Below, one piece after another: positions 1-9,805 of a DNA stretch of 64,000 bases. The notes beneath the pieces are model-generated. The model was not told where the DNA came from and made no database searches. It saw only the letters and a list, made by a program, of their open reading frames with translations. This stretch comes from an uncultured Fibrobacterota bacterium (lineage in GTDB: Bacteria > Fibrobacterota > CAYVZU01), in NCBI GenBank assembly GCA_964455935.1, contig CAYVZU010000001.1, positions 55,142-119,141 of the forward strand, written 5' to 3'. The position numbers were made by a program, and so were the translations under genes. Numbering within the stretch: the first letter of the stretch is position 1; every line of letters starts with the position of its first letter.

Positions 1-109
1 AAGCCAAAGAGCCCGAGAGCATCAATGCGCAAGAGGAAGGCGGAGCCGAGGATAACGACAAATACAACGAATAGAGGTTCTTCTGAAGAAATTTGGTTTT
101 GTAGCCCTG

Positions 110-1033
110 GTGGGCAGGCCTAATGCAGGAAAGTCAACGCTCCTCAATTCCCTTTTGGGGGAGGAGATCAGCATTGTCACGCCTCTGCCCCAGACAACCC
201 GCCAGGTCCTGCGGGGAATCCTGACCCGGCCCGAGGGCCAGATTGCGTTCGTCGATACGCCGGGCATGCACAGAGGTAAGCACGCCATCAACAAGGCCAT
301 GGCCAAGGCGGTGGAGGACACGCTCGAACCGGATCACATCGACGCAATTCTCTACATAGTGGACCTGTCCCGCGATTTCGGCGAGGAAGAATCGCTGATC
401 GCCGGGCTTGTCGCGCCCCAGAAGAAACGGGCCTTGATTCTGTTCAACAAAGCAGACCTCTGTTCCGAGCCCGGGAAGCGCATCGCCGGATTTTTCCGGT
501 CCTATCCGCCTCTTGGGGACACCGAGTATCGGATTGTGACAGCGACAAAACTCGAAAAAAAAGACGAAATCCTGGCCTGGGTTTTTTCAATCCTGCCGCA
601 AGGAGAGCCGCACTTTCCCGAGGAATACGCCACCGACACCCACATGCGTTTTCTGGCTGCGGAAATCATCCGGCGCCAGGTCATCCTCAATACCCACGAC
701 GAGGTGCCCCATGCCGCATGCGTCCTGGTCAACAGCTGGAACGAAGAGGAAGGCGCAATTCGCATTCAGGCCGATGTGGTTGTCGAGACCCAGAGCCAGA
801 AAGGGATTCTCATTGGCGAGGGCGCGCGCCGGGTTCGGCAGATCCGGCAATTCAGCAGAAAGGAAATCGCGAAGATGGCCGGGGCCAAGATCGAGGTGGA
901 GCTGTTCGTGAAGGTCCGTCCCAAATGGCGGGACAATCCCGGTTTCCTGCGACAGCTTGGAATCGATCCGATGAAGGCGAAAAAAGGTCCGGCCCCTTCC
1001 CGCCACAAAGGAGAGGGCAACCATGAGCGGTGA
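110..1033 (+). CDS. era: GTP-binding protein Era (GTPase plus C-terminal KH domain)
   Basis: G1 motif GRPNAGKSTLLN, G3 DTPGMH, G4 NKAD, Era-type KH tail. First canonical start is GTG at 110; the frame stays open upstream to a stop at 53-55 with no canonical start in that interval (a CTG at 83 is the only candidate), so the 5' end is approximate. Confidence 0.85.
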   Translation: MGRPNAGKSTLLNSLLGEEISIVTPLPQTTRQVLRGILTRPEGQIAFVDTPGMHRGKHAINKAMAKAVEDTLEPDHIDAILYIVDLSRDFGEEESLIAGLVAPQKKRALILFNKADLCSEPGKRIAGFFRSYPPLGDTEYRIVTATKLEKKDEILAWVFSILPQGEPHFPEEYATDTHMRFLAAEIIRRQVILNTHDEVPHAACVLVNSWNEEEGAIRIQADVVVETQSQKGILIGEGARRVRQIRQFSRKEIAKMAGAKIEVELFVKVRPKWRDNPGFLRQLGIDPMKAKKGPAPSRHKGEGNHER

Positions 1034-2219
1034 GATCGGCATTTCTTATCTGGAGAATCCGATCAGGGATTATGCATGGGGATCGCCCACGGCCATTCCC
1101 AGATTGCTGGACAGGCCCAACCCGCAACAGAAGCCCCAGGCCGAACTGTGGATGGGCGCCCACCCCGCGGCGCCATCCAGAATTGTTTTGCCGGACAAAG
1201 AAGCACCGTTGACGGAATTGATCGACCGCAGCCCTCAGCCGATCTTGGGAAAACGGATCGCGGACCGGTTTGCCAACAAGCTTCCCTTTCTCTTCAAAGT
1301 GCTTGCGGCTGCCGAACCGCTCTCGATTCAGGCCCACCCCAATTTCGAACAGGCCCGGGAAGGATTCGAGCGCGAGAACCGGGCGGGGATCCCATTGACC
1401 GCCGCAAACCGCAGCTACAAGGATCCCAACCACAAACCGGAAATCATCTGCGCGCTCACGGACTTTTGGGCCATGAAAGGGTTTCGCCCTTTGCGCGAGA
1501 TTGCCGGCTTTTTTTGCGCCATGAAGACGGACCTTCTAAAGGCCGAGGTGGCCGGCCTGGCAAACCCAAAGGGACTGGCCGGGTTTTACTCCAAGCTCAT
1601 GCGCCTTGCGGCTTCCGAGCGGGACCAGATCATTTCCGCCGGACTGGCTCTTGCCCGCGATCACCGGCAGGAAGGTCCGGCCTTGGACTGGGTCTGCCGG
1701 CTCTGCGAACGATATCCCTCGGATGTCGGGGCGCTTTCACTTCTCAACCTTATCCGGCTCAAGCCGGGCGAGGCGCTCTATCTTCCGGCCGGAGTTCTGC
1801 ATGCCTATCTGGAGGGCACGGGCATGGAGCTGATGGCAAACTCCGACAATGTGCTGCGCGGCGGACTCACACCCAAGCACATTGATGTGGATGAACTCCT
1901 CAGCATTCTGCGTTTCGAAACCGACGAAAAAAGCGCTCTGGAAGCGCATTCAATTTCCGAAACCGAGGACGAGTATCCGACGCCGGCATCGGAATTTCGG
2001 CTTTCCGTGATCCGCGTGCAGAATCACAAGCCGCACCTGGAAAAGGACAATAACGGTGTGCAGATCCTTTTTTGCTCCGAAGGCGAGGGCCGGATCTACG
2101 ATCTGGGCTCGCGCGAGGAAAAGGCCATATACCGGGGCGCAAGCCTGCTTATTCCTGCTTGCGTCAGCGCCTACGAAATCCAGGGCCAGACTGTCATCTA
2201 CAAAGCCAGCGTACCCTAA
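1023..2219 (+). CDS. manA: mannose-6-phosphate isomerase, class I
   Basis: Class I PMI signatures YAWGS and ELWMGAHP, plus a cupin C-terminus. ~400 aa. Start overlaps the era stop. Confidence 0.8.
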   Translation: MSGEIGISYLENPIRDYAWGSPTAIPRLLDRPNPQQKPQAELWMGAHPAAPSRIVLPDKEAPLTELIDRSPQPILGKRIADRFANKLPFLFKVLAAAEPLSIQAHPNFEQAREGFERENRAGIPLTAANRSYKDPNHKPEIICALTDFWAMKGFRPLREIAGFFCAMKTDLLKAEVAGLANPKGLAGFYSKLMRLAASERDQIISAGLALARDHRQEGPALDWVCRLCERYPSDVGALSLLNLIRLKPGEALYLPAGVLHAYLEGTGMELMANSDNVLRGGLTPKHIDVDELLSILRFETDEKSALEAHSISETEDEYPTPASEFRLSVIRVQNHKPHLEKDNNGVQILFCSEGEGRIYDLGSREEKAIYRGASLLIPACVSAYEIQGQTVIYKASVP

Positions 2220-2361
2220 AGTGAAGATGCTTGCCTTTTCCGATCTGCATGAGGCAAAAACGGCAGCCGTCCCGACCCTTTTCGGTATTTTATTTAGCCC
2301 AAGTCCGTCGAACTTGGGTTAGCGGTTGAGAAAGCTGCCGGGACAGGTAGAATCCACATCA

Positions 2362-2781
2362 TTACATTTTGATGAACGCGTTTTTAATGTGGTGCAGCCT
2401 GGGCGCGCCGTTCTCGTAAGCGACGGTGACCACGTCGAAGCGCGAGCGCAGGCGTTGGAGGCGATTCTGATAAATGTAGGCCTGGGCCAGCCGGTAAATG
2501 CGCTGCTGCTTGCGGCTGTTGACCCACGATTCGGGCGTGCCGAACGATCCGCAGCGCGCCTTCTTCACCTCAACAAAGACTGTGGTGCCATCCCCATCCA
2601 TGACAATCAAGTCGATCTCGCCGAACCGGCAGCGCCAATTGCGATGAAGAATCCTGTACCCCTGACAAACAAGGTGGTCCGCCGCCATCTGCTCGCCGCC
2701 TGTGCCTACCGCGCGGGTGTTTTTTGCCTGTTGCTGTGCGGGCTTTTGCGGGATTGTCAAATGCACCTCGTCCGGGACCAA
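2362..2781 (-). CDS. yraN: YraN/UPF0102 family endonuclease
   Basis: GEIDLIVMDG...VFVEVKKR core typical of the YraN PD-(D/E)xK family. ~139 aa. Confidence 0.7.
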   Translation of the reverse strand: MVPDEVHLTIPQKPAQQQAKNTRAVGTGGEQMAADHLVCQGYRILHRNWRCRFGEIDLIVMDGDGTTVFVEVKKARCGSFGTPESWVNSRKQQRIYRLAQAYIYQNRLQRLRSRFDVVTVAYENGAPRLHHIKNAFIKM

Positions 2782-2899
2782 TGGCTATCAGCTCAGGGTT
2801 CTTTAGTTCTCGGCTAAAAAGAGCCCGATTGCCCCTCATGCGAGCTTTTAATCTCTGGAACTTTGTCCTGCGTAACCGCGAACTGACAACCGCCAATGA

Positions 2900-4366
2900 T
2901 TATTCCATGCCCCAGATTTCGATCTCGCTGATGGGGGTAATGTTTCGCTCATCGCCGGGGTAGAAATCCAGAATCGTGACGCGCACCAGGCGAGTCTGCT
3001 TGACCGGGAGTACGCAACACTGGGCTCCGATTTCATCACGCAGGTCCCATTGATGCGTCGTGCCGTCCGCGAACCCCACCTCCACCGTGCGGGGCCGGTT
3101 GAAACGGCGGTCCACGCTTGAGGCGGCCTGAAGGCCGGAATATAAAACCATGCGCGTCACGGTCACCGGCTTGCGAAACGTGAAGAGCACATAATTCTTC
3201 TCGTTGCGAAGCCCGTCTGCGGCCGCCCAGGCAGTGCCGGTCTCACGATCGGTTAAATGAGGCAGGCCCCATTCCTTATCCGGCCGGGCGGTGGTGGTCG
3301 CTGACAGGCCGGTGCATTTCAGCGGTTTTTCAATTGCGGAACCCGGAATGAAGATCCATGCCAAAACTCCCGCAAGACAGGCGGCCAATGCCAGCGCGAC
3401 CCAGCCCAGCGGCGAGAACAGGTTGTGGCGGAAACCCCGGCGCTCGACTTTTCTGCGGTCGCCCATGCGTCGATCGGTAATCCGTTTATCCTCCTGGCGG
3501 CGGGCCGTGACGGCAGCCGCCACTTTAATGCCGCTCAGCTTCTGGTCCGCCGCAACCGAGTCCAGATCGGCCAGCATTTCGCTGGCCGACTTGTACCGCT
3601 GTTCCTTGTCCTTTTTCAGCGCCTTCAGCACGATCATGTTAAGCCGGACGGGGATATCCTTGTTCAGATCGATCGGCGCCCTGGGCTGCTCATTGACCTG
3701 CTTATAGGCGATCGCCAATGGGTTGTCCGCCGAAAAAGGCGGCACTCCGGTCAGCATCTCGAAGAGCACGACGCCCAGGCTGTAGAGATCGGTTTGCGCA
3801 TCCAGGGTCAGTCCTTCGGGTTGCTCGGGCGACATATATTCGGGCGTGCCCACGGTCATTCCGGTATTGGTGATCCGCGTATTGGCAAAGATCTTGGCGA
3901 TGCCGAAATCGGACACTGCGATCTTCCCGTTGCGATCGATCAGCACGTTGTGGGGTTTGATGTCGCGGTGAATGATGCGGTGTTCGTGCGCATATTTCAG
4001 TGCGCGCAGAATCTGGCGGGCGATTTGAATGGCTTCGCCGACCTTCAACCGCTTCTCGCGGTCGATTTTGCGGTCCAGGCTTTCGCCTTCCACATACTGC
4101 ATCACAAAAAACCGGTGGCCCTCGTCTTCGCCAAAGTCGTAGATCGTGACGATATTGTGATGCTGGAGCATGGAAATCACGCGCGCCTCGCTGTCGAAAC
4201 GATTCGTGAATTCCTTGTTGCGCGATAGCTCGGGCGGAAGCACCTTAAGGGCCACGATCCGGTTTAGCGAGTCCTGCCGCGCGCGGTATACGTCGCCCAT
4301 ACCGCCGCGGCCGATGCGTTCCAGGATCGCGTATCCGGCCAGACGAGCGCCTTCGGTCAATTGCAT
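2900..4366 (-). CDS. Ser/Thr protein kinase with TM segment and C-terminal discoidin (F5/8 type C)-like extracellular domain
   Basis: Hanks kinase motifs GRGGMGDVY, ALK, HRDIKPHNVLI, DFG, TPEYMSPE. One TM helix. C-terminal TAW...NEK...ISEIEIWG resembles discoidin/F5_F8-C. Start chosen at MQLTEG. Confidence 0.8.
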   Translation of the reverse strand: MQLTEGARLAGYAILERIGRGGMGDVYRARQDSLNRIVALKVLPPELSRNKEFTNRFDSEARVISMLQHHNIVTIYDFGEDEGHRFFVMQYVEGESLDRKIDREKRLKVGEAIQIARQILRALKYAHEHRIIHRDIKPHNVLIDRNGKIAVSDFGIAKIFANTRITNTGMTVGTPEYMSPEQPEGLTLDAQTDLYSLGVVLFEMLTGVPPFSADNPLAIAYKQVNEQPRAPIDLNKDIPVRLNMIVLKALKKDKEQRYKSASEMLADLDSVAADQKLSGIKVAAAVTARRQEDKRITDRRMGDRRKVERRGFRHNLFSPLGWVALALAACLAGVLAWIFIPGSAIEKPLKCTGLSATTTARPDKEWGLPHLTDRETGTAWAAADGLRNEKNYVLFTFRKPVTVTRMVLYSGLQAASSVDRRFNRPRTVEVGFADGTTHQWDLRDEIGAQCCVLPVKQTRLVRVTILDFYPGDERNITPISEIEIWGME

Positions 4367-6444
4367 GAACGACCTTTTCGGTGAAGAGCGAAAAACGCTA
4401 GGAATATACACAACACCGCCAAGGCCGACAATGCCAGCCACTCATCCCCGGGCACAAGTCCCAGCGTGACCTTTTTGGACGCGGTGAAATTCCAACGGCT
4501 TACCGTGAACCGCGAAACAAACCGGCTTACGGCCGGCATCTCGTCAAAAGGGGCGACCGCGCCGGCAAAAAGGATCTGCGGAATCAACGCCAACGGAAGT
4601 GCTGCCAGGGCCCGTTCGGTTCGTTGCGCGATCGCCGAGATCGCCAGACCCATGGCGGTTGCGGCCAAGGCAACAATGGAAAATGAGAGCAAATGAAAAC
4701 GCGCGGCTCCTTCCAGAGGAATCGCGGTGTTGACCAGAAAAACGAGAATCCCGGTCTGGACCAGCGCCAGGACCGCGAGAAAAGTAAATTTGGCCAGAAG
4801 GTAAGGGCCGGGCCGCAGGCCCATGCGCCGCTCGCGCTGGAGCAAGCCGTGCTCTTTGCAGATCTCTTTGACGGAATTAATGCAGCCAAACCAGATGCAG
4901 CTGATTCCCATGCAAAAAAGAAGGGGCCACTGGTTCGTGTTACGGCCAAATACAAGAAAGATCAATCCCCCGATAAGCGGCGCCTGGCCCAGCGTTAATA
5001 GCCAATGGGCGGCATCGCGCCGCAGAAGAATAGCTGTTCGGTGGCACAGCAAGGCAAGCTGGCCAAGACCCGAAGGGCGCCGCGATAGCCGGCATTCCGC
5101 GGCCCGGTCTTTTTCGGCGAAAAGCTCTTCACGGTTCTTGAGCCGCGATTCCACATAGTCGCGGTGCAGCGGCGAAGTCCGGAATCGTTCAGACAGGGTT
5201 GCGGAGGACTCGCCCTCGATTTGGCGATAAATGTCGGCGATTTCTCTGCAACCGAAATAGTCGCCCAGGACAGCGGGAGGGCCAAAAAAAATCAGCCGGC
5301 CCTGGTGCATGAGGCCGACCAGGTCGAATTCCTGCACATGGCTTAGCCGGTGCGTGGAAACAAGGACCGTTCGCCGGCGGTCCGAAATCCGGCGCAGAAG
5401 CTCCATTGTCTTCGCTTCCAATACCGGGTCCAGATTGGCCGTGGGCTCGTCCAGGGCAAGTACCCGGGGGTCGGCGGCCATTTCCATGGCCAGACTCACC
5501 CGCTTGCGTTGGCCGCCGCTAAGAAAACGAACCGGCCGGCCTGCGCACTCGTTGAGTTCAAGGACATCCAGCAGACTCTGCGATTTTCGCGCAATGTCGG
5601 TCTCCACCGGCAGGCGAAGCGCGTTAAGGGCAACCGCGAAGCGGACGGTCTCGCGGGGGGTGAGCAGTTCGGCCAGCATGTCGTCCTGGGGAACAAATCC
5701 CGAAAGCGCGCGATTGGGCCGCACGTCAAGGGGCACGGCATCGTAATAAACGCAACCGGCCGCGGGCGCCTCGAGACCGGCCAAAATCCGCAGGAGACTG
5801 GTTTTCCCTGCGCCACTGGGGCCCAGCAATCCCACAAATTCGCCCGGTTTTACGGCCAGGCTCACGGGGTGCAGAATGGGTCTGGTTCCCGCCCGTTTTT
5901 CGATCCCGGTCACGTCGATCCGCATCCCCGAGAAAGGGAGGCGCTGAAGATCGCCATTCCAGACGGCAAACTGTTCCGGACCAATCGAAAGCCGGTCGCC
6001 GTCGGCCAGTCTGGCTTTTCGTTTCCGTCCCGCCGGACCGGCAAACGATGTGTTGGAATGAGCCGTCTGAAGATACAGCGTAATGCCGCCGCTGTGCGGC
6101 TCCACCCGCTGTTGAAAAAGCGTGGAGGCCTGTGCAGGGCGATCCGCATCCGAGGCCTCCTGAATCAGCAGGATAAGAACGGCGTCGGCCGACGCGACCT
6201 CCAGCTCCTGGGTGCCGACTTGAATGCGGTCTCCGGCTGCAATCCGGTCCGCGGCAGCGGGGCGTCCGTTTAGAAACGTGCCGAACGTGCTGTTCTCATC
6301 CAGAAGAAAAAGGCCTGCGTCGCGGCGTTCGATGCAGGCATGACGGCGTGAGCAAAGGGGGTTGTTCAAAACGAGATCATTCTCGAGGGCCCTGCCAATG
6401 CGCAAGGGCCGCTCCTGGGTGGGAGAAAAAGTGCGGGTGATCAC
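4357..6444 (-). CDS. FHA-FHA-ABC ATPase-ABC-2 permease fusion transporter (Rv1747-like)
   Basis: Two N-terminal FHA-like segments. Walker A GPSGAGKTS, signature LSGGQRKRV, Walker B LALDEPT. C-terminal multi-TM ABC-2 domain. Overlaps the kinase start by ~10 nt. Confidence 0.8.
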   Translation of the reverse strand: MITRTFSPTQERPLRIGRALENDLVLNNPLCSRRHACIERRDAGLFLLDENSTFGTFLNGRPAAADRIAAGDRIQVGTQELEVASADAVLILLIQEASDADRPAQASTLFQQRVEPHSGGITLYLQTAHSNTSFAGPAGRKRKARLADGDRLSIGPEQFAVWNGDLQRLPFSGMRIDVTGIEKRAGTRPILHPVSLAVKPGEFVGLLGPSGAGKTSLLRILAGLEAPAAGCVYYDAVPLDVRPNRALSGFVPQDDMLAELLTPRETVRFAVALNALRLPVETDIARKSQSLLDVLELNECAGRPVRFLSGGQRKRVSLAMEMAADPRVLALDEPTANLDPVLEAKTMELLRRISDRRRTVLVSTHRLSHVQEFDLVGLMHQGRLIFFGPPAVLGDYFGCREIADIYRQIEGESSATLSERFRTSPLHRDYVESRLKNREELFAEKDRAAECRLSRRPSGLGQLALLCHRTAILLRRDAAHWLLTLGQAPLIGGLIFLVFGRNTNQWPLLFCMGISCIWFGCINSVKEICKEHGLLQRERRMGLRPGPYLLAKFTFLAVLALVQTGILVFLVNTAIPLEGAARFHLLSFSIVALAATAMGLAISAIAQRTERALAALPLALIPQILFAGAVAPFDEMPAVSRFVSRFTVSRWNFTASKKVTLGLVPGDEWLALSALAVLCIFLAFFALHRKGRSCN

Positions 6445-7022
6445 GTGTTGGGGGAGTCCGGCTTCATCCGCAGGATGGATAGAATTTGGCGCAGCGCTTC
6501 CTCGAAGTTGTCGTTGATAACCGTGTGCTCATAGCGGCCTTGGGTTTGGGCGAATTCGATTTCTTTTCGCGCGTTGTCCAAGCGAAGGGCGATGGCCTGT
6601 TCCGTCTCGGTGCCGCGTTTTCGAAGCCTGCGTTCCAGCTCTGCCAGCGAGGGCGGAAGGATCAGAATGCCGATATTCTGCGGAAAGACCTTGTCGAATT
6701 TTTTCTTGCCGTACACATCGATGTCGAGGACAATGTCATTGCCCTTCTCGATGGTTTCGCTCACCGGCCGGATTGGTGTACCATAGAAATTGGCATGCAC
6801 CTCCTGCCATTCGGCCAATTCGTTGTTTGCGATGAGAGAGGCAAACTCCTGTTTTGAAACAAAACGATAGTCCCTGCCCTCGCGCTCATTGGGCCGCGGC
6901 TTGCGCGTGGTGGCGGAAATCGAGAAAATGAGTTCGGGAATGGACTCCAACACGCGCTTGAGGAGTGTTGTCTTGCCCGCGCCCGAGGGCGCGCTGATGA
7001 CGAAGATTCGGCCTTTGTTCAT
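6441..7022 (-). CDS. gmk: guanylate kinase
   Basis: P-loop SAPSGAGKTTL and SISATTRKPRPNEREGRDYRFVS, matching the GMP-binding region of guanylate kinases. Confidence 0.9.
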   Translation of the reverse strand: MNKGRIFVISAPSGAGKTTLLKRVLESIPELIFSISATTRKPRPNEREGRDYRFVSKQEFASLIANNELAEWQEVHANFYGTPIRPVSETIEKGNDIVLDIDVYGKKKFDKVFPQNIGILILPPSLAELERRLRKRGTETEQAIALRLDNARKEIEFAQTQGRYEHTVINDNFEEALRQILSILRMKPDSPNT

Positions 7023-7050
7023 AAGGATAAAAATAACTGCTCAGGTCCCC

Positions 7051-7182
7051 ATGAAACCACAGAGAGAAATCCGAGTTGAGAATGAGAACACAGAGGGAAA
7101 TCTTTCCGGCGCAGCGCGCCGGAAAAGCTTTTTCTCCCCTCTGTGTTCTCTTCTCCGACCTCTGTGTTACTCTGTGGTTTCA
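7051..7182. repeat. ~130-nt compound imperfect palindrome with reiterated ACACAGAG/CTCTGTGT motifs and a central CCGGCGC-AGC-GCGCCGG core
   Basis: GAAACCACAGAG...GAGAACACAGAGGG...TTTCCGGCGCAGCGCGCCGGAAA...CCCTCTGTGTTCTC...CTCTGTGTTACTCTGTGGTTTC. Outer 12-bp arms and inner 14-bp arms pair. Lies immediately 5' of the gmk start on the minus strand. Confidence 0.5.
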
Positions 7183-7233
7183 AGATTCTTTTCAGGAGAC
7201 GTGAGTAGTTATGAATCAAATTGGGTTTACATT

Positions 7234-7605
7234 TCACAATTTTCCCCGGTGCGCCTGAAGCATGCCCTTGAGTACCTGCGCGATCAACTTGTAGGCGGCA
7301 TCGGAATTCCCGGCCCGGGCCGGCGCTTTGGGTTTTCGCATCGCGGTCAGTTTCTGCAGGGCGCCCGCGGTTCGAAGCAGTCGGGTCCGGGAATCGGAAG
7401 GCACCTTTTTGGGAAGGACGCTAATCGGGCCGGAGTTGGGGTTGGTCCGGTAACGGCATTGCATTTGGCAGTTTTGGTGCTCCCAGCACTTGCGCGTTGC
7501 CGCGATGCGGCCCGACCGCCTTCCTTCATAGTACATGCAGCGCAAACATACCCGGGACACATTGCCCGTGCTGTCCTGGCGGGATTCCCAGCACTCCATA
7601 AGCAC
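7234..7605 (-). CDS. hypothetical small Cys-rich protein
   Basis: ORF with six Cys (C..C...C.....C...C) and a GTG start. No recognisable family and no SD. May be non-coding. Confidence 0.2.
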   Translation of the reverse strand: MLMECWESRQDSTGNVSRVCLRCMYYEGRRSGRIAATRKCWEHQNCQMQCRYRTNPNSGPISVLPKKVPSDSRTRLLRTAGALQKLTAMRKPKAPARAGNSDAAYKLIAQVLKGMLQAHRGKL

Positions 7606-7761
7606 AAAATAAATGGTGCGACGACGGTGAGGCTTGAAGACCGATCATTTTCCGACAGAAGCGGATGCCGACTCGTGGAAAGGCCGAAGGCGTTTTGAAA
7701 GTTGGTCCCAACCCGCGAACGGGGCAACGGCAGCCCTATTCGCGGGCTCCTTCTTGAAGGA

Positions 7762-8373
7762 TCACAAACTGATCAGGTAACCGACATTTACTTTCAGGTT
7801 GCTGTTTCTCTGGTTAATATCATTGGAGCTGGAGACCTTCGTCAGACCGAATGTATAGCCTGCTCCGATTACGATTTTCTTTGCGGCTATGTAAGTCGTC
7901 CCAATGGCCAATCCAAGTTCAAAGGGGCTATAATCACTCCTTAAGTCCAGCATTTCCGCCGTCATTGCGCCGGTCACTGGATTCGTGTTTTCCGTTTTGG
8001 ATTCTGCGGCCAACAGGAGCCCTATTTCCAAACCCGCATTCAGGGCCGCCGCAGGAATCGGGGAAAACGAAAATTGTACAGGTACGGCCAGGTAGCCCAG
8101 GCTTTCAAAGCATTTCTTTGTGTAGATAGGATCGGGTTCCTGGATGATGGCGCCTTTGGTTACAAAATTTACTCCTGCCAACAAACCCATTTTGTCTTTA
8201 AATGGATATGAATAGCTGGCGCCCACATTGAAGCCAAGTTTTGGGCTGGTGTATTCGGCATCATCGCCAAGGTATGTCGACATATTCACTCCGCCTCCAA
8301 CCACCACGTCGCGGGCGGCAAATACCATTGCCGAAAGTGACAGGACGGCAAAGCACACCTTCAGACATTTCAT
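7762..8373 (-). CDS. outer-membrane beta-barrel protein (OmpA-like small barrel)
   Basis: Signal peptide MKCLKVCFAVLSLSAMVFA. Alternating amphipathic beta-strands ending in an aromatic C-terminal residue. Lies in a lower-GC patch. Confidence 0.6.
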   Translation of the reverse strand: MKCLKVCFAVLSLSAMVFAARDVVVGGGVNMSTYLGDDAEYTSPKLGFNVGASYSYPFKDKMGLLAGVNFVTKGAIIQEPDPIYTKKCFESLGYLAVPVQFSFSPIPAAALNAGLEIGLLLAAESKTENTNPVTGAMTAEMLDLRSDYSPFELGLAIGTTYIAAKKIVIGAGYTFGLTKVSSSNDINQRNSNLKVNVGYLISL

Positions 8374-8512
8374 GCAGGGCCTCCTTTAAGAATCTGTACC
8401 GCCATTTAAATGCCAACGTATCTTTGATCCTGCTTTGCTTTCCAGCGCCCTCCTCGGCAACGGGTTGGTTCCAGTGCTTGTCCAAATATCAATGGGCTTT
8501 TCGGCGCCGGCC

Positions 8513-9805
8513 TTATCCCACGCCAATCTTCGCCAGCGCCAGGTAATACGCCGCGGCAATCAGTGCGTAAAGCAAAAACGGCAGCAGCAGTCCCCGGATC
8601 GCTTTGGCCAGTGACGCATCGAAATGCTTTCGGGTCAGAAGCAGGCAGGCATGAATTGGCGAAAGCATCATGCCGATAAATCCTGCCATATAAGCGCCCA
8701 TGTACGTCAACGTCGTGGCCGAAACGGCGCTCTGCACCAGGGGAAGAATCAGAGGGAACGATGCGCCAATGGTGCCAAACATGACCCCAAAGATAAGGCC
8801 CGACAAAAAGGGCAACGCGAAAATTACCCCGCGCACCGGGAGATGGTATCGCACCAGATCTCCCCGAAGGCTCTGCACGGCTCCGCTCTGTTCCATCACT
8901 GCCTTAAACGCGATAATTCCCATGATCATGACCCAGAGATCCAGATTCTTTCTGCCGAAAACCAGGCCCAGCAAATCGCGGCCGGAATACGTATGGTTTC
9001 GCAGGCAATAAATGATCCCGGCGCCCAATCCCACGTAAATCGGCAAATAGGTTTTGAGTGGAAGTCTGATTCCAGCCGTTTTCTCAAGAACCTTCGAGAT
9101 TCCCATGTAGATGAACAGGGTCGCAAATACCAGAATCAGCGGGAAAACCTTCCTAAGGAAGATCCGCTTGTCCTTCTGTTTCAGGACAACGCGATCGAAA
9201 ATCCTGCCCCGCAGGAAGAAGAAGTATCCAATGGCCGTCATGGTTACGCTAAGAGGTATGTTGATGGCCACAACCTGCAGGATGTCAACCCGGGTCAGAG
9301 AAAGAAATATGATCATGCCAGGATACAGAGGCCACCAGAATTCCCAGATGTGGCGAAAGTAGTAGTTGATATTGGTCTTCTGCTCGGGCCTGACGCACGA
9401 GTCCGGAATCGCCGCCTCCACCATGGGGGCCGAAAAAAGCGCTCCGCCCGGCATGGGCAGAAGCCCGATCAAGGCAGGCATTGCGACCAGCTTAATCTTG
9501 GTGCTCTTGATCACATAGCCGAACGAATCAACGATCTGGCGCAGCTGGCCGGCCTTCTCCAGCATCCCGGAAAAGAAGAGAATCAGGGCCATCATCAGCA
9601 CCAACAGAAGGCTTTCCGCCGAGAATGCATTTTGCAGCGCGATCCAAATCGTTGCGGCTGCCCCCATTTTAAACCAGAGCCCGGTGCATAGGACGGCCAC
9701 AAACAAGGCGGCCCCAAAGGGCAGCCGCGTCTTGCCAAGGGCAATAATAAGAACAAAAATCGCAGCAATCTTAACAATGGCCGGCAGCGAGAACAGCATT
9801 TCCAT
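8513..9805 (-). CDS. polytopic membrane permease of uncertain family
   Basis: 430 aa with ~10-12 predicted TM helices and glycine-rich re-entrant-like segments. No ATPase motifs. Confidence 0.55.
   Translation of the reverse strand: MEMLFSLPAIVKIAAIFVLIIALGKTRLPFGAALFVAVLCTGLWFKMGAAATIWIALQNAFSAESLLLVLMMALILFFSGMLEKAGQLRQIVDSFGYVIKSTKIKLVAMPALIGLLPMPGGALFSAPMVEAAIPDSCVRPEQKTNINYYFRHIWEFWWPLYPGMIIFLSLTRVDILQVVAINIPLSVTMTAIGYFFFLRGRIFDRVVLKQKDKRIFLRKVFPLILVFATLFIYMGISKVLEKTAGIRLPLKTYLPIYVGLGAGIIYCLRNHTYSGRDLLGLVFGRKNLDLWVMIMGIIAFKAVMEQSGAVQSLRGDLVRYHLPVRGVIFALPFLSGLIFGVMFGTIGASFPLILPLVQSAVSATTLTYMGAYMAGFIGMMLSPIHACLLLTRKHFDASLAKAIRGLLLPFLLYALIAAAYYLALAKIGVG

Noticed and set aside
22-321. 99-aa minus-strand ORF at the left edge
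   Set aside because: It is antisense to the era 5' region and its composition matches a GC-rich frame artefact.
852-1433. Long antisense ORFs throughout the window (e.g. 852-1433, 3425-4228, 5350-6273, 8624-9691, 17875-18537, 30427-31728, 43402-44100, 45352-45921)
   Set aside because: They lie opposite confidently identified genes, their translations are Arg/Gly/Pro-rich and low-complexity as expected from GC-rich antisense frames, and they show no motifs.
6889-7698. 269-aa plus-strand ORF spanning the gmk upstream region
   Set aside because: It starts inside the gmk antisense frame, crosses the large palindrome and has no motifs, so it is most likely non-coding.
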